This document shows positions 36,608 through 47,202 of a stretch of DNA of 64,000 nt, in pieces; positions within the stretch are counted from its first letter, which is position 1, and each line of letters begins with the position of its first letter. The position numbers and the translations under genes are program-made. Under the pieces are notes generated by a model. That model was not told the origin of the DNA and ran no database searches. It saw only the letters and a program-made list of their open reading frames with translations. Source of the stretch: a virus; the IMG/VR virus record IMGVR_UViG_3300036761_003567, positions 43,224 to 107,223 of that record. One strand, written 5' to 3'.

Positions 36608-37113
36608 ATGACCAGACAGACGAGATGCAGCCTGGGGCGCCGGGGACCTCAGAAGATCGATGCCAAGTCCTGGTACTACGAGTGCAAGGGCCGGATAGAG
36701 GTCGTCGTGGAATTCAGAGGCCCCGAGGGCAACTACCTCGGCACGAAACACGTCAACATCCAGGCGTCAAGGCTCAAGCGGTCGCTGGCCCGGATGGACA
36801 GGCGAAAGAGCCAAACTGTGCGGAGTACGCCTCGACGGTGAGGTCACTGGATCGGCCCTGTTGCCACAGCACTATTAAGGAAGAGTACTGTGCCAGAAAA
36901 TCCTGACCTCGGCTTGCGCCCTACGCAGCTACGCTTCCTGCGGCTGGAACCCGAGAGGTCCCTGACCGAGAAGCTGGACTTAGCAGTAGCCGCCCTCCAG
37001 GCGGTCTGCAAGGAAGACGGGCCCGGATGCGACCTTTCGCCAGCTGGACCCTGCTTTCACATCGCCGCGGAAGCACTGCACAAGATCGTCATCAAGTAAC
37101 CAGGAGGCACAAA

Positions 37114-38115
37114 GTGGGCGACCCTACAAGTCACGAGGCGCGAATTGATGCACTGACCGACGAGCGGGATGCACTGAAGGCCGGAGTAAACGGTCTAGTG
37201 CAGGAACGCGATATGTTGCGGACTCGGATAACCTGTGTGGAGGCCGCATACGAGAAACGCATCGCCACTCTGACTGCTGAGCGGGATGCGCTGAACAAGA
37301 TCGTCAATAGCCAGGAGGCTAAGGTGCCTGAAACAATCCGCGAAGGGCTCGTCAAGAAGGGTGGAGTGAACGAACCTCCCACGACGCCTCGACCGCCTCC
37401 TCCTAAGGGGCAATGTCCGCCTCCCGTGGAAGGATTTCATGACGGGAAACGATGCCCCTGCGAGTTCGAGGAAATCGAGCCCTGCGGCAGGATGTGCTCC
37501 TGCCGGAACCCGAATATGAGCGGTGCGTGTCGTCGCTGCTGTACTGTCGGATCTCCCGAGCAGCAACTGGCGAAGGCCCGGTGGCTGGTAGCCCGGGAAA
37601 TAAACTTCACTATCCTGACCCGCGAAGAGGCCATTGACAGGATCGGGAAGCTGGACGATCCCAAGCTTCGTCCGCTGATCAAGTGGATAGCGGAATCCCT
37701 GGCGTTCGGGCGGGTAGCTTATGACGTCAGGGTCAACATAGCTGAGGCAGAAAGGTCTGTGGAGAGGATCGTGGAAGGCCAAAACCCTGGAATCCCTGCT
37801 GGCGGCCTTGCTGACCATACACCCGACGTGAAGAAATGGCCCCCTCTGGACCCCGGTACGAAGGTGAAGACCACAAAGCCTTTCTGGTCTGGCCGCGGTG
37901 ACTGGACCGGAGAAGCTCTGGCGTCCAGGAAATGGGGCGTCAAGGGGACTATCCTCAAGCATCATGACTCCCACGGCCTTTGTTACGAAGTCCAGCACGA
38001 TGACGGGACGGTGGGCCATTATGACCCTTCGGAACTGGAAGTCCTAGACATATATCTGGACGTCCGGCCGGAGTGCTACCGCTCCAGGACGTCGCGCATC
38101 CGGGAGAAGAAATGA
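37114..38115 (+). CDS. mosaic hypothetical protein (coiled coil, Pro-rich, Cys-rich, SH3-like end)
   Basis: AGGAGG SD before GTG 37114. Confidence 0.65.
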   Translation: MGDPTSHEARIDALTDERDALKAGVNGLVQERDMLRTRITCVEAAYEKRIATLTAERDALNKIVNSQEAKVPETIREGLVKKGGVNEPPTTPRPPPPKGQCPPPVEGFHDGKRCPCEFEEIEPCGRMCSCRNPNMSGACRRCCTVGSPEQQLAKARWLVAREINFTILTREEAIDRIGKLDDPKLRPLIKWIAESLAFGRVAYDVRVNIAEAERSVERIVEGQNPGIPAGGLADHTPDVKKWPPLDPGTKVKTTKPFWSGRGDWTGEALASRKWGVKGTILKHHDSHGLCYEVQHDDGTVGHYDPSELEVLDIYLDVRPECYRSRTSRIREKK

Positions 38116-38684
38116 ACCTATCCAGGGAGATACGAAGGGAGCTTAAGCGCCTCCGCCGCCAATATAGGTGGGAGCTCGCCCATGGCTTCATCAAGGACCC
38201 TACAACGGGGCTGGACCTATACCGCATGTGCTCTACCACTGCTGCCATCTTCGTCTGGGAGTTCGGGGGTAAGCTCACGGGGTACCTCCATCAGCGCGGC
38301 CCCCGACCTAACAACAGTGCCGTGATCGTTGCGAAGGGGCTGGGTCACGACTTCTGCCTCATCGACGGCCGCTGGCTGGTGGACTTCTGGGCGTGGACCG
38401 GCCACTGCCTCCCCTTCCGCGAGCGCGACTTATACGACCTCCAGAATCCCAGGGACGACGCCATAGTCGACTACCTTTATGGGGACAGGTCCACCTGGAT
38501 GGACACATACGATACCTACATGAACGGATGCGGTCTAGACGTCCTGGGCGATCACCTGGGGATCGTCAGGCGGATCGGCTATTCGATCGTGATCAATGGA
38601 GGCCTGCCGCTCACCGAGCGAATTGCACATGCAAACAGGATGAGGGGGAACAAATACGCGAGGGAGATGGGCTGGTCAGCTTGA
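38112..38684 (+). CDS. hypothetical protein (possible Cys-His-Asp triad)
   Basis: C...GHDF...WLVDFW; ATGA overlap. Confidence 0.6.
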   Translation: MNLSREIRRELKRLRRQYRWELAHGFIKDPTTGLDLYRMCSTTAAIFVWEFGGKLTGYLHQRGPRPNNSAVIVAKGLGHDFCLIDGRWLVDFWAWTGHCLPFRERDLYDLQNPRDDAIVDYLYGDRSTWMDTYDTYMNGCGLDVLGDHLGIVRRIGYSIVINGGLPLTERIAHANRMRGNKYAREMGWSA

Positions 38685-38738
38685 TGTGTGCTGGCCAATA
38701 AGAAGCTTGACCAGCTAGTCCGCAGTACTTATCCCACC

Positions 38739-38902
38739 GTTCGAAGCCTCCGCGTACGCGCGTGACGCGTCCAGAATCTCAAAAAGCTGATTCTCTCAAA
38801 GCTGATTCTCTCAAAAGCTGATTCTCTCAAAAGCTGATTCTCTCAAAAGCTGATTCTCTCAAAAGCTGGTCAGCGGCATAGTTCGAAGCCTCCGCGTACG
38901 CG
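38739..38902. repeat. 16-bp tandem array bracketed by a 22-bp direct repeat
   Basis: GCTGATTCTCTCAAA(A) at 38786, 38801, 38817, 38833, 38849, partial at 38865; gttcgaagcctccgcgtacgcg at 38739 and 38881. Confidence 0.95.
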
Positions 38903-38929
38903 ATGCGCTCGCCGAGAAGCGATCCGAAA

Positions 38930-39200
38930 CGGGACCGGCCGCCCGCCCCCCGCCCGGGCCCCTGGGGGCGGGGGGCAGCACGCCCCCCGGGCCCGCCGGC
39001 CCGGCCCACCCCCCGCCCCCGGCGGGGCGGCGCGACCCCCACCCCCGGCCCCAGCCAAACCCCCCCCCCCACCGGGGGGACCAGCAGCACCCGGACCCCA
39101 GCCCGCCGCCGTCCCGTCTCGGCGGCGCGCCGGAGTCCGCCGCGTCCGGCCCCGTGCCACACCTCCGCGTGTCCGGCGGTGTGTCTCGGCCCAGCCGGTC
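38930..39200. other. extremely GC-rich non-coding tract with C-runs (G-quadruplex potential on the minus strand)
   Basis: Many runs of 4 or more C, one of about 11, plus G runs; no credible gene. Confidence 0.8.
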
Positions 39201-39223
39201 CGGCAAACCAACGGAGGCTGCCA

Positions 39224-39532
39224 ATGGCAAGCGCCACCGCCGTCCGCCCCGTCGTCTCCGCCCTCGTCGGCCCCGTGTCCGCCCGCCCCCGCCCGCTCGT
39301 CCGCCCCGTCCGGCCGGACTTCCGGCTCTGCGACCTCCGCGTCCCCCCGCTGACCGAGCCCCAACTGCTGGCCCGCTACCCGCACATGATCCCCGGCACG
39401 CTCCGGCGCGACCCCGTCGCCAACAAGAACGCGGTCGACATCCGGTGCGCGTGCGGAGCGGTCCGGATCGTGTACACCTCGGACCTGTTCCACGTCCGGG
39501 CGTGCCGCGCCTGCAAGGCCTCCGGCAAGTAG
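39224..39532 (+). CDS. TSDL Zn-ribbon protein, paralogue 1
   Basis: GGAGG SD; YPH..PGT...CACG..RIVYTSDLFHV..C..C. Confidence 0.75.
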   Translation: MASATAVRPVVSALVGPVSARPRPLVRPVRPDFRLCDLRVPPLTEPQLLARYPHMIPGTLRRDPVANKNAVDIRCACGAVRIVYTSDLFHVRACRACKASGK

Positions 39533-39672
39533 TCGCCCCGCGTGATCCCACGTGCGATCTTTGCGACCGGGCCCACCCAGCAACCTGCGCTGGGTGGGCC
39601 CATCTGGTCGTGAAACACCCCTTCCTGCTCGACCCCAGGAAGGGGAGTTCCACGTCCATTAGGAGACCAGAC

Positions 39673-39855
39673 ATGAAGCGGATCACGCCCAAGATTCGCG
39701 GGTACGCCTCGAGAGCAGATCGGGAGCGGGCCATCAAGCAGCTGTTCAGGAAGGGGTGGAATCACTTCGTCTGCTTCAGGGACGTACAGAGCGAGTTCGC
39801 GCTCCAGTACGGCCTCGCGCTCTGGGCCGGCAATTCCCCGTACATCCTGCGTTAG
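39673..39855 (+). CDS. small protein, paralogue of 50436..50609
   Basis: AGGAG SD; ADRERAIKQL.RKG.N.FV.F.D. Confidence 0.65.
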   Translation: MKRITPKIRGYASRADRERAIKQLFRKGWNHFVCFRDVQSEFALQYGLALWAGNSPYILR

Positions 39856-40923
39856 GAGACCGAACGTGCAGAAGGCGGAGCAGACGGAGGAAGGGCGGGC
39901 GACTGCCACCCTCGGCGTGCTCGCGTTCGTGGCGATCCTGGCGATTCTGTGGCTGATCCTTTAGTGCGCTAAAGGATCATATATTGAGGAGGGCAGGTAC
40001 ATGAACCGCTGGACGCTGCTCCGCGCGGCCACGCACACGTACTCGGCCAAGACCGTTGAGGTCCTGGTCGGGAAGGCGCAATTGCCCACCCTGGTGCAGG
40101 TGGGCACGATCATGAAGGACGACCGCACCGTCGCGGAGGAGTTCGCCATGGACCTCGCCATCGAGGGGCTCTACCCCTTGGACTGCGGGGACCACTGGCG
40201 CGTCTACAACATCGCGGCGTAGCCGGCGCGCAAGGCCGCCTCCCTCTCGACCCAGGGAGGCGGATTTGCTTGCCGTATACCTCTTTTCAGGAGGGCAGAC
40301 ATGCCCCGCGTCAAGATCGTGGAGAGCGAGAAGCGGTTCCGGCGCGAGCCGGACCGGGCCTCGACCCTGCGCTTCTCCGTCATCGAGCGGCTGGGACCCG
40401 ACGCCCAGGAACGCCGTGAGCAGGAGCCGGAGTTCCTGCAGGCCCAGGCCGAGGGACGCGCGTAAGCAAGCCCCGACAAGACAGAGGGTTCCCACACCCC
40501 TGCACGTTCACTCGTGTCAGGAACTGGGCACTCTGGCTCTGACGTTTTGCGAGCGGCGGCCTCTTTCAGAGGGTCCCATGCCAGAGGATTTCGCCCTCAA
40601 ACCCGACCAGGTGAAGAGCCTGGCCGCGGCAATGGCCCTGTTGTACAAGATCTGCGACGGCTCGAACGAGTCCGTGCGTCAGGAAGCAGATCCGATCGCG
40701 TCGCTCTTGCGGAACTTCATCGCCAGGCACAAGTGAGGAGGGTCAGGCCATGACGAAGACCGAGCGAGTCATGGTGGCGAAGGTCGCCCGCGAGATTCGC
40801 GTCGTCATGCGCACCGTCGGCCGTCATGAGAACGGGAAGGTCAGGGTCTGGATTCGCCAGACCCTCACGCGCTGATGTGTGTCCGTTTCCACTTCTTTCT
40901 CAACTCTCTACAGGAGGTGTACC

Positions 40924-41232
40924 ATGGCGCCCGCCATCGCCGCCCGCCCGCTCGTGGAGGCCGTGAAGGTCTCCAAGCCGTTCCCGAAGGACGCCCTGTG
41001 GGCGCAGAAGAAGGGCCCGATCTCGGAGGCCCAGATCCTCGCGAAGCACCCGCACGCGATCCCCGGGACGCGCCAGTACGACGTCGTGGCCAGGAAGTGG
41101 GCCATGACGATCCAGTGCGCCTGCGGCGCCACGCGGATCGTCTACACCTCGGACCTGCACCACGTCCGGACCTGCCGGGCGTGCAAGGCCAAGGCCGACG
41201 CCGCCAAGGTGGCCGTCGCGGTCCAGGCGTAA
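40924..41232 (+). CDS. TSDL Zn-ribbon protein, paralogue 2
   Basis: AGGAGG SD; HPHAIPGT...CACG.TRIVYTSDLHHV..CRAC. Confidence 0.75.
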   Translation: MAPAIAARPLVEAVKVSKPFPKDALWAQKKGPISEAQILAKHPHAIPGTRQYDVVARKWAMTIQCACGATRIVYTSDLHHVRTCRACKAKADAAKVAVAVQA

Positions 41233-41246
41233 GCCTCTGCTCGCCA

Positions 41247-41272
41247 TGGGACCGGCAATCTTGCCGGTCCCA
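41247..41272 (+). terminator. hairpin after the gene
   Basis: tgggaccggcaa / ttgccggtccca. Confidence 0.55.
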
Positions 41273-41376
41273 CAAGCCAGGAGCATCCACCCACCTGCAC
41301 GTTCACTCGCGCAGGACCTGGATGCTGATCAGCCAGTCCGTCTTCCACTTTCTTGTGGCTCCGACAAGGAGGCTCT

Positions 41377-41637
41377 ATGACCACGCCCGCCCAGCCGCTC
41401 GTCGTCGCCGAGGCCGCCACCAAGGTCGCCAAGATCGCCAAGGCCCCCCGCAACGTGAACGTCACTGTCGCGGACGGGAAGCTCACCCTCGTCGTCGACC
41501 TGTCCGTCAACCTCGGACCCAGCTCGTCCGGGAAGACGAACCTCATCGCCTCCGGCACCGCGAAGGTCGCCGGCTACGAGGGCGTGAGCTTCGGCCTCAA
41601 CGTCTTCAAGAAGGCGAAGAAGGCCGACAAGAAGTAG
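41377..41637 (+). CDS. small basic beta-rich protein (GPSSSGKT-type)
   Basis: AAGGAGG SD; LTLVVDL..NLGPSSSGKTNLIAS...GLNVF. Confidence 0.7.
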   Translation: MTTPAQPLVVAEAATKVAKIAKAPRNVNVTVADGKLTLVVDLSVNLGPSSSGKTNLIASGTAKVAGYEGVSFGLNVFKKAKKADKK

Positions 41638-42135
41638 GCTCATGGTCCAACGGGCGCGGCCGGACAAACGGGCGGACCGGAGGTGACCAAACCGGGAAAC
41701 CGGCGAAGGGGCCTCGCCCGCCGGCCGCGCTTTTGGGTCCTGATCCCGCGGAGCGAAAGCTCCCTAGTCTCACATGACCAGAGGAGGGCAAATGCCCCGA
41801 AAGTGTCGATCGCCCCCGGCCAATCCGCCTGAGAGATCCGCCGTGAGCCAGAGTGCCACGGCCGGTTGAGGCACGTCAGGCACCCGAACAGGGGTAGGCG
41901 AATGCCGAGAACCCCAGAAAGGTAGAGATCGAATACTCCTTACATAGCGCCACCTCCAGAGTGCCCATATAAAGGAACGGTTTGAAGATTTCTCGTTTCC
42001 CCGGGCAAGAGGTGGCGAACCGGTTCAGGACCGGCCTGACCGCGACGAGGACAGGACGTATAAAACCTGTCCGCTCCGGCTCCGCCAGGACACCGTTCAT
42101 TCGGGTCTGGCGTCCCGTCGCGGGGAGATCGGCCC
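41637..42135 (+). ncRNA. candidate structured ncRNA, copy 1
   Basis: Shares about six ordered blocks with 43134-43430; extensive stems. Confidence 0.55.
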
Positions 42136-42697
42136 CTTTCCAGGAAGGTGAAAATATGGACGAGCTGACGCAGCAGATGCGGGACCGGCTGGTCGAGATC
42201 CTGCTGACCAGCTCGAGAGATGAGGCGATCAAGTACCTGCGCAGGCAGGGCGTCCCCGAGGACCGGGCCATCGTCTACGTCGACGACGAGGAGAACCGGC
42301 TTCTCGCGTAGGTCGGCGCACAAATATGGGTCCGAACGATGACCGAAGTTCGGTATCCATGAAGAGAAAGGTAACCTGTTGGCAAGGACGGGGTTTCCTT
42401 GCCATTCCGAGTGCCACGGACGGGCATTGGATCGGCAATTGCCAACCTGTTCATCAAGCAACTAATTCCGACGGACGGAAAGGCTGGACGGCTGGTCAGC
42501 AACGTTCGGGCCGGAAACACGTGCGACGCGGTCGTTTCGAGAGTTTCGGGTTGTCGCGGTCTGGCAGGACCAGCCCGACCAGCAGACCAGCACCCGGCCT
42601 CTTGGATCAATTCTTCAACTCACACGCTGACACGGACCAGTTTGGACCGGTCACGGACGCCCCGGGAAGGGGAAGTGGCCACGTTTCAGGAGGGGAC

Positions 42698-42958
42698 ATG
42701 AAGATCGTGTCAGCCACGTACGCAGGCCTCGAGCGTCCGTTCACCAAGGTCAAGGTGGCTGTCCAGTTCGAGGACGGGACGGTGGACGAAGGCACGATCC
42801 TCTTCGAGAACGAGGGTCGGGACATCGATTTCGAGGGCTTCAAGGACGGAGACCGGGTCAGCGAGGCCTTCCCCGATCTCGATGAGGCGGACTGGGACAA
42901 GATCGAGAAGCCGGTGAAGGAGGGCATGGTGGAGTACGACGCGATCGTCGGACACTGA
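42698..42958 (+). CDS. small acidic protein
   Basis: AGGAGG SD; D/E-rich C-terminal two-thirds. Confidence 0.7.
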   Translation: MKIVSATYAGLERPFTKVKVAVQFEDGTVDEGTILFENEGRDIDFEGFKDGDRVSEAFPDLDEADWDKIEKPVKEGMVEYDAIVGH

Positions 42959-43133
42959 CACAGTTTCCGGCCTTTTCAGGAGATGGGACATGCCGAAGCA
43001 GCAGGACAACTCGACCAGCGCCGCGTGGTTCAAGCGGGACCCCCGCAAGGTGGATCGGCCCGCGAAGAACTTCTTCCACCGGCCGCTCACGGTCAAGCTG
43101 GACCATCTGGTCAGGCTCAAGCTCGTGCAGTGC

Positions 43134-43430
43134 GGCTCATGATCCAACGGGCGCGGGCTGGTATTCCGTAACGGAAGCAGGCAGGGAGTTGCCCCGCCGC
43201 CAGCCCGCGCTTTTGGGTCCTGATCCCGTGAGGCTTATGGGACGTCCGAGGACGAACGTGGACCTCCTGTTTGCTTCCAAGGCGCAGACCCAAGAAAGGA
43301 GGCCGGACCATGCGGTGAATGTGAAGGGAGGTGGCGACCCACTTCCGTCCCGTAGACCGGGCTGACCGCGACGACGCGCCAGGCCGTTAATTCGGGCTGG
43401 CCAACGGCGCCGCGAGTGGGCTGGTCTCCG
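43134..43430 (+). ncRNA. candidate structured ncRNA, copy 2
   Basis: Same ordered blocks as 41637-42135 with shorter insertions. Confidence 0.55.
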
Positions 43431-46067
43431 ATCTCTCAGTGTTATCAGGACGTCCTTACTCTTGTGTCTCTCCCGGATCAGGAAGACCCGGGAATCTTGA
43501 CGAACCGCAACTGAAATGGACACAACCCCGTGAGATCCCTTTGGGAGGAAGACAATGCGAGCCATAGACCTCAAGGTAGCCGTCCGGGTCGCGCTGCTGT
43601 ACGGGATCCGCGGCTTTGCCAGGGCGGATGACACGGGCATCATCTCGCAGGACGAATCGCAGCAGGGGATGCGGGCCATGCGCCAGTGGGAGAAGCTGCC
43701 CCTCGTCCTGCAGGGCGTGCTGGCCGTCCGGGACATGTTCGCGGCGGTGTGCTCCGATTTCAAGACATCGCCCGAGGAGTATGACGCGCTGATCCTCGAG
43801 TTCTTCGAGAAGGACTTCAGGCAGCCCCACGAAGGGGGCTAACCGAGCGGACCAACGTCGTGGACTCAATTAGGGGTTGGACCATGACCTTCGCCGAGAC
43901 GCTCGCTGCAGCCATCAAGCTCCTGGGGCCAGACGACTCCGTGTGCGTCGGCGTGGACGCATGGAGCTACCCGGGCGGCGACACCCGCCTGACGTGGGAC
44001 GTCTGGAGCGACAGCCGTCGCATGCACTGGTACGGATCGACGCCCGAGGCGGCACTCGCCGCCGTCCAGTCCACCTTGGACGAACTGGCGCACGACGCAC
44101 ATCTCCGGATCGAGGCCGTCCAGATGTAGTTCCGGATTCCCATTCCCCTCCCGTATTTCAGGAGTAGGCCCATGTTCCTGATCCGCGTGGTCGTAGCCCG
44201 TCTCTGGGCGGTCCTGACCGGCTTGGCGATCCGCAGCAAAAGCGGCAGGAACGCGTGCGCCTACTGCCGCGGGGCGGGGTGCGTGCCCGATTCGGGCCTC
44301 TTCTCCGAGGCGTGCCCGCTGTGCGGCGGAACGGGAACGTCCTCCCAGGAGGTGGCAAGGTGAAGCCGTCCGAACTCAAGGAGGGCCAGCACACCGAGAT
44401 CCGGACCAACGGGGTCTTGTGTGCCCAGTTCACCTTCGAATATGGGTGGCTGGAACTCGTCATGTGGGCGGATGACCAGGTCGTCGACGAACACATCCCA
44501 GACCACCTCCTGGCTGACAAGGTCATGTCCATCCGCTTCAACTACGGGACGTCCTTCCCCCGCAATCCCGAGGGTCCGAACCCGCTCACGCCCGAGGGTG
44601 CGGACGAAGCCTGGGTGCAGATCGAGGGAGACCTGCCACAGATCAAGGAGGCAATGTGATCTATACACAACAAGCTCTTGGTGAAGTACGACGAAAAAGC
44701 GGGATCTCCCTCAAGTCGATATGTGAGAGGAACGGATGGGCCACGACCGAGGCCCTGGCGCTGGCGAAGGACGCCTCTCTGGCCACGCTGGACGAGGTCG
44801 AGCGGCGCTACCTGGACGCGGCGAAGGCCTGCGTCGGGAAGGGGCACAACATCGAGGCGTCGTACGTCCAGGAGCTGACCGGCAACGTCATGCGGATCCT
44901 GAGACAGGAGGTGAGGGGATGAGGAACCTGGATTCATCCTCCCTGCCAGAGCCTCAATTAAGGGCGGGAGAGATCCTGATCCCATCCGGTCGCGTCGGCG
45001 ACGTCGACCTGTTTTCGGCCGCCAACGACGAAGACTTCTGCTCAAGCAAGGAAGAGAAGCTCAGGGTCCGGCAGCGGAACAGGAAATCAAGAAGGGGGTG
45101 ACGGGATGAAGGTCATGGTCCGACTCGACAAGCACAAGCAGAGAGCCGTCCGGGAGCAGAACTTCAGCCTGGCGATCAAGATCCGCTGCGAGATGCGCGC
45201 CCGGAGCTATTGGACCCTGTCCACCCTGCTCAGGTCGCTCCTGGGACTCGATCCCTTCGAGAACAGGCGGATTGAGAAGGCAGCCGAGGCCCTCGACCTC
45301 CTGGCGATCAGGAACGCCAGCAAGGCCGGCACCACCCACGAAGCCCTGTTCGGCGACGGCGACAACACCTACGGCGTCGACCTGGGAGATTTGAAGCTCC
45401 TGTAAGGAGATCAAGGTGAAGAAGGCAAAGTACTCTCCCATGGATGACCTGCGCCAGATCGTCAGCTGCATGGACGAGTACGGGCAGCTCGAGCACGAGG
45501 TGGAGGTCATACTCTGGAACGAGGACCCCAAGATGGGACAGGTCCAGGTGAAGCTCATCGACATGACGCTCGAGGATGGGGGCAAGAACCCGGCCTTCAC
45601 GCTCTCCTGGGCCGGGCGCTTCTGCGGCAGGCCGATGCTCCGGATCAAGGGGCCCAAGATCGACGTCCTGATCTCCCCCATCCCCAAGTTCGTGCTGGCT
45701 ATCCTGATGGAGGCGTAGCCGACCCGGGAATCTTGAAGAACCAAATGGGAGGTGGCATGATCGAGACCAAGACCAGCAGCAGGGACCAGGCGGTCGAGTG
45801 GCTGGAGAAGGCCATCCCGAACTTCGCCATCCGAGTGGCTCCCGTCTACCAGGCGCTCAACTGGACCTGGTGGATGAGCCCCGTCTCGCCGGATGCGGCT
45901 GCGATCGAGCGGGCGCTGCGGGAGCTGATGACCCACGTAAGGCAGGGGAGCACCTCTGCCGCGACGGGCGGGCTGGTGGTCGAGCTGACCGAGAAGTGCG
46001 GGACGCTGGAGGCGCGGCTGTCGATGCAGGTCGATGAGGAGCGCAAGTTCACAGTGGGAGGTGCCCG

Positions 46068-46481
46068 ATGAAGGCCTCTTGGAAACCCGAGGGAAGCCAT
46101 GAGTTCCTGTTCGACTTCGAGCTGGAAGGGGGAGTGAACGACGAGCACATGTTCACGATCGCCTTCAACGCGACGCCATTCTCCCCCGCCAAGACGCAGG
46201 GAGACCCGGACGACTGCCACGACGCGGAGGGAGGGGAGATCGAGGACCTGACGGTCTTCATCAATACCTACAGTGGCCCCATGAACGAGGCCTGCACTGT
46301 CCACGAGGTCCCTGAGTACCTGTGGCCCGCCCTGGGCTTCGACAGGAAGGTTCTGGTCCAGCAGTGCGAGGACCACGTCCGCGACGAGGACGAGCGGCTG
46401 GCGTCCCAGGAAGGGGACCGCAAGTGCGACGAGGCAAGGGAACGGCGCGGGGTGGAAGGATTAGGGGAAGGAGACAAGTGA
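46068..46481 (+). CDS. acidic hypothetical protein
   Basis: GGAGG SD; D/E-rich. Confidence 0.65.
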   Translation: MKASWKPEGSHEFLFDFELEGGVNDEHMFTIAFNATPFSPAKTQGDPDDCHDAEGGEIEDLTVFINTYSGPMNEACTVHEVPEYLWPALGFDRKVLVQQCEDHVRDEDERLASQEGDRKCDEARERRGVEGLGEGDK

Positions 46482-47202
46482 TGGACACGGGCTTTCTCAT
46501 CGCCTGCCTGGTCTGGCACCTGCACGACAGGTTCTACGCGACCGACACCGAGGTCTATGCGAAGGCCGGAGGCGAGCTGATACGGATGGCGGACGAATGC
46601 GGAATTCCCTGGCTCAAGGTGGCGGGAATCCTCGTGATCAAGCCCACCGAGGAGGTCTCATGAAGGCCTATTTGGTCAGCGAGTGCTGGTTCAGCCGGGG
46701 CGACGTCCGGATGAACGAGTGGCGGGCGGGGATGACCTGCCTGCCGCTAGTCGGGAAGTCCTGGCGGTGGCTGTACCTCTGGGCCCTGAACACCGTCCGC
46801 TGCCTGCGGGCGCTGTTCTTCTAGGAGATTCCATGATTCCCGCCATCTCCCGTCTGGCCGACTGGTGGACGCAGGGGAAGTCCCATCTGGTGCTGGAGGC
46901 GTGGAGGCGGTCCGTCAACATCCCCCTGATCATCCCCGTGCCCCTGCGCGAGAGCGTTGCCCAGCTGGTCTCGCTCCGGGAGCGGGTGTCCGCTTGCTGG
47001 GACTTCTGCCCCGGCTCCGTCAAGGAGGTGCTGGTCACCCGTCAGCTCCCCCGCAATCAGGCCCGTCGCCACGTCGCGAAGGTCATCTCCCGCCTGCCCT
47101 ACCGGCAGGTGATCCGGCTCAACCCGAAGGTCGCCTACCGCGTGGTCTGGCAGCTCATGTAACCTGACGTTTCCCGCTTCCCTTTCCCTTGGAGGTGCGT
47201 GC

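Noticed and set aside
38777-38870. CRISPR array
   Set aside because: The 16-bp units are contiguous with no spacers, and no cas genes are in the window.
38827-39909. Long overlapping Arg/Gly/Pro-rich ORFs on both strands
   Set aside because: By-products of extreme GC content; only 39224..39532 and 39673..39855 have SD sites and paralogues.
41353-41637. P-loop NTPase (GPSSSGKT)
   Set aside because: Protein under 100 aa with no Walker B or supporting fold.
41636-41720. tRNA (GGCTCATGGTCCAACGG resembles an acceptor/D-arm start)
   Set aside because: No anticodon arm, canonical T-arm or matching 3' acceptor strand at tRNA spacing.
41840-42430. RNase P RNA (AGTGCCAC motif)
   Set aside because: The GAGGAAAGTCC and ACAGAA...GCTTA P4 strands are missing.
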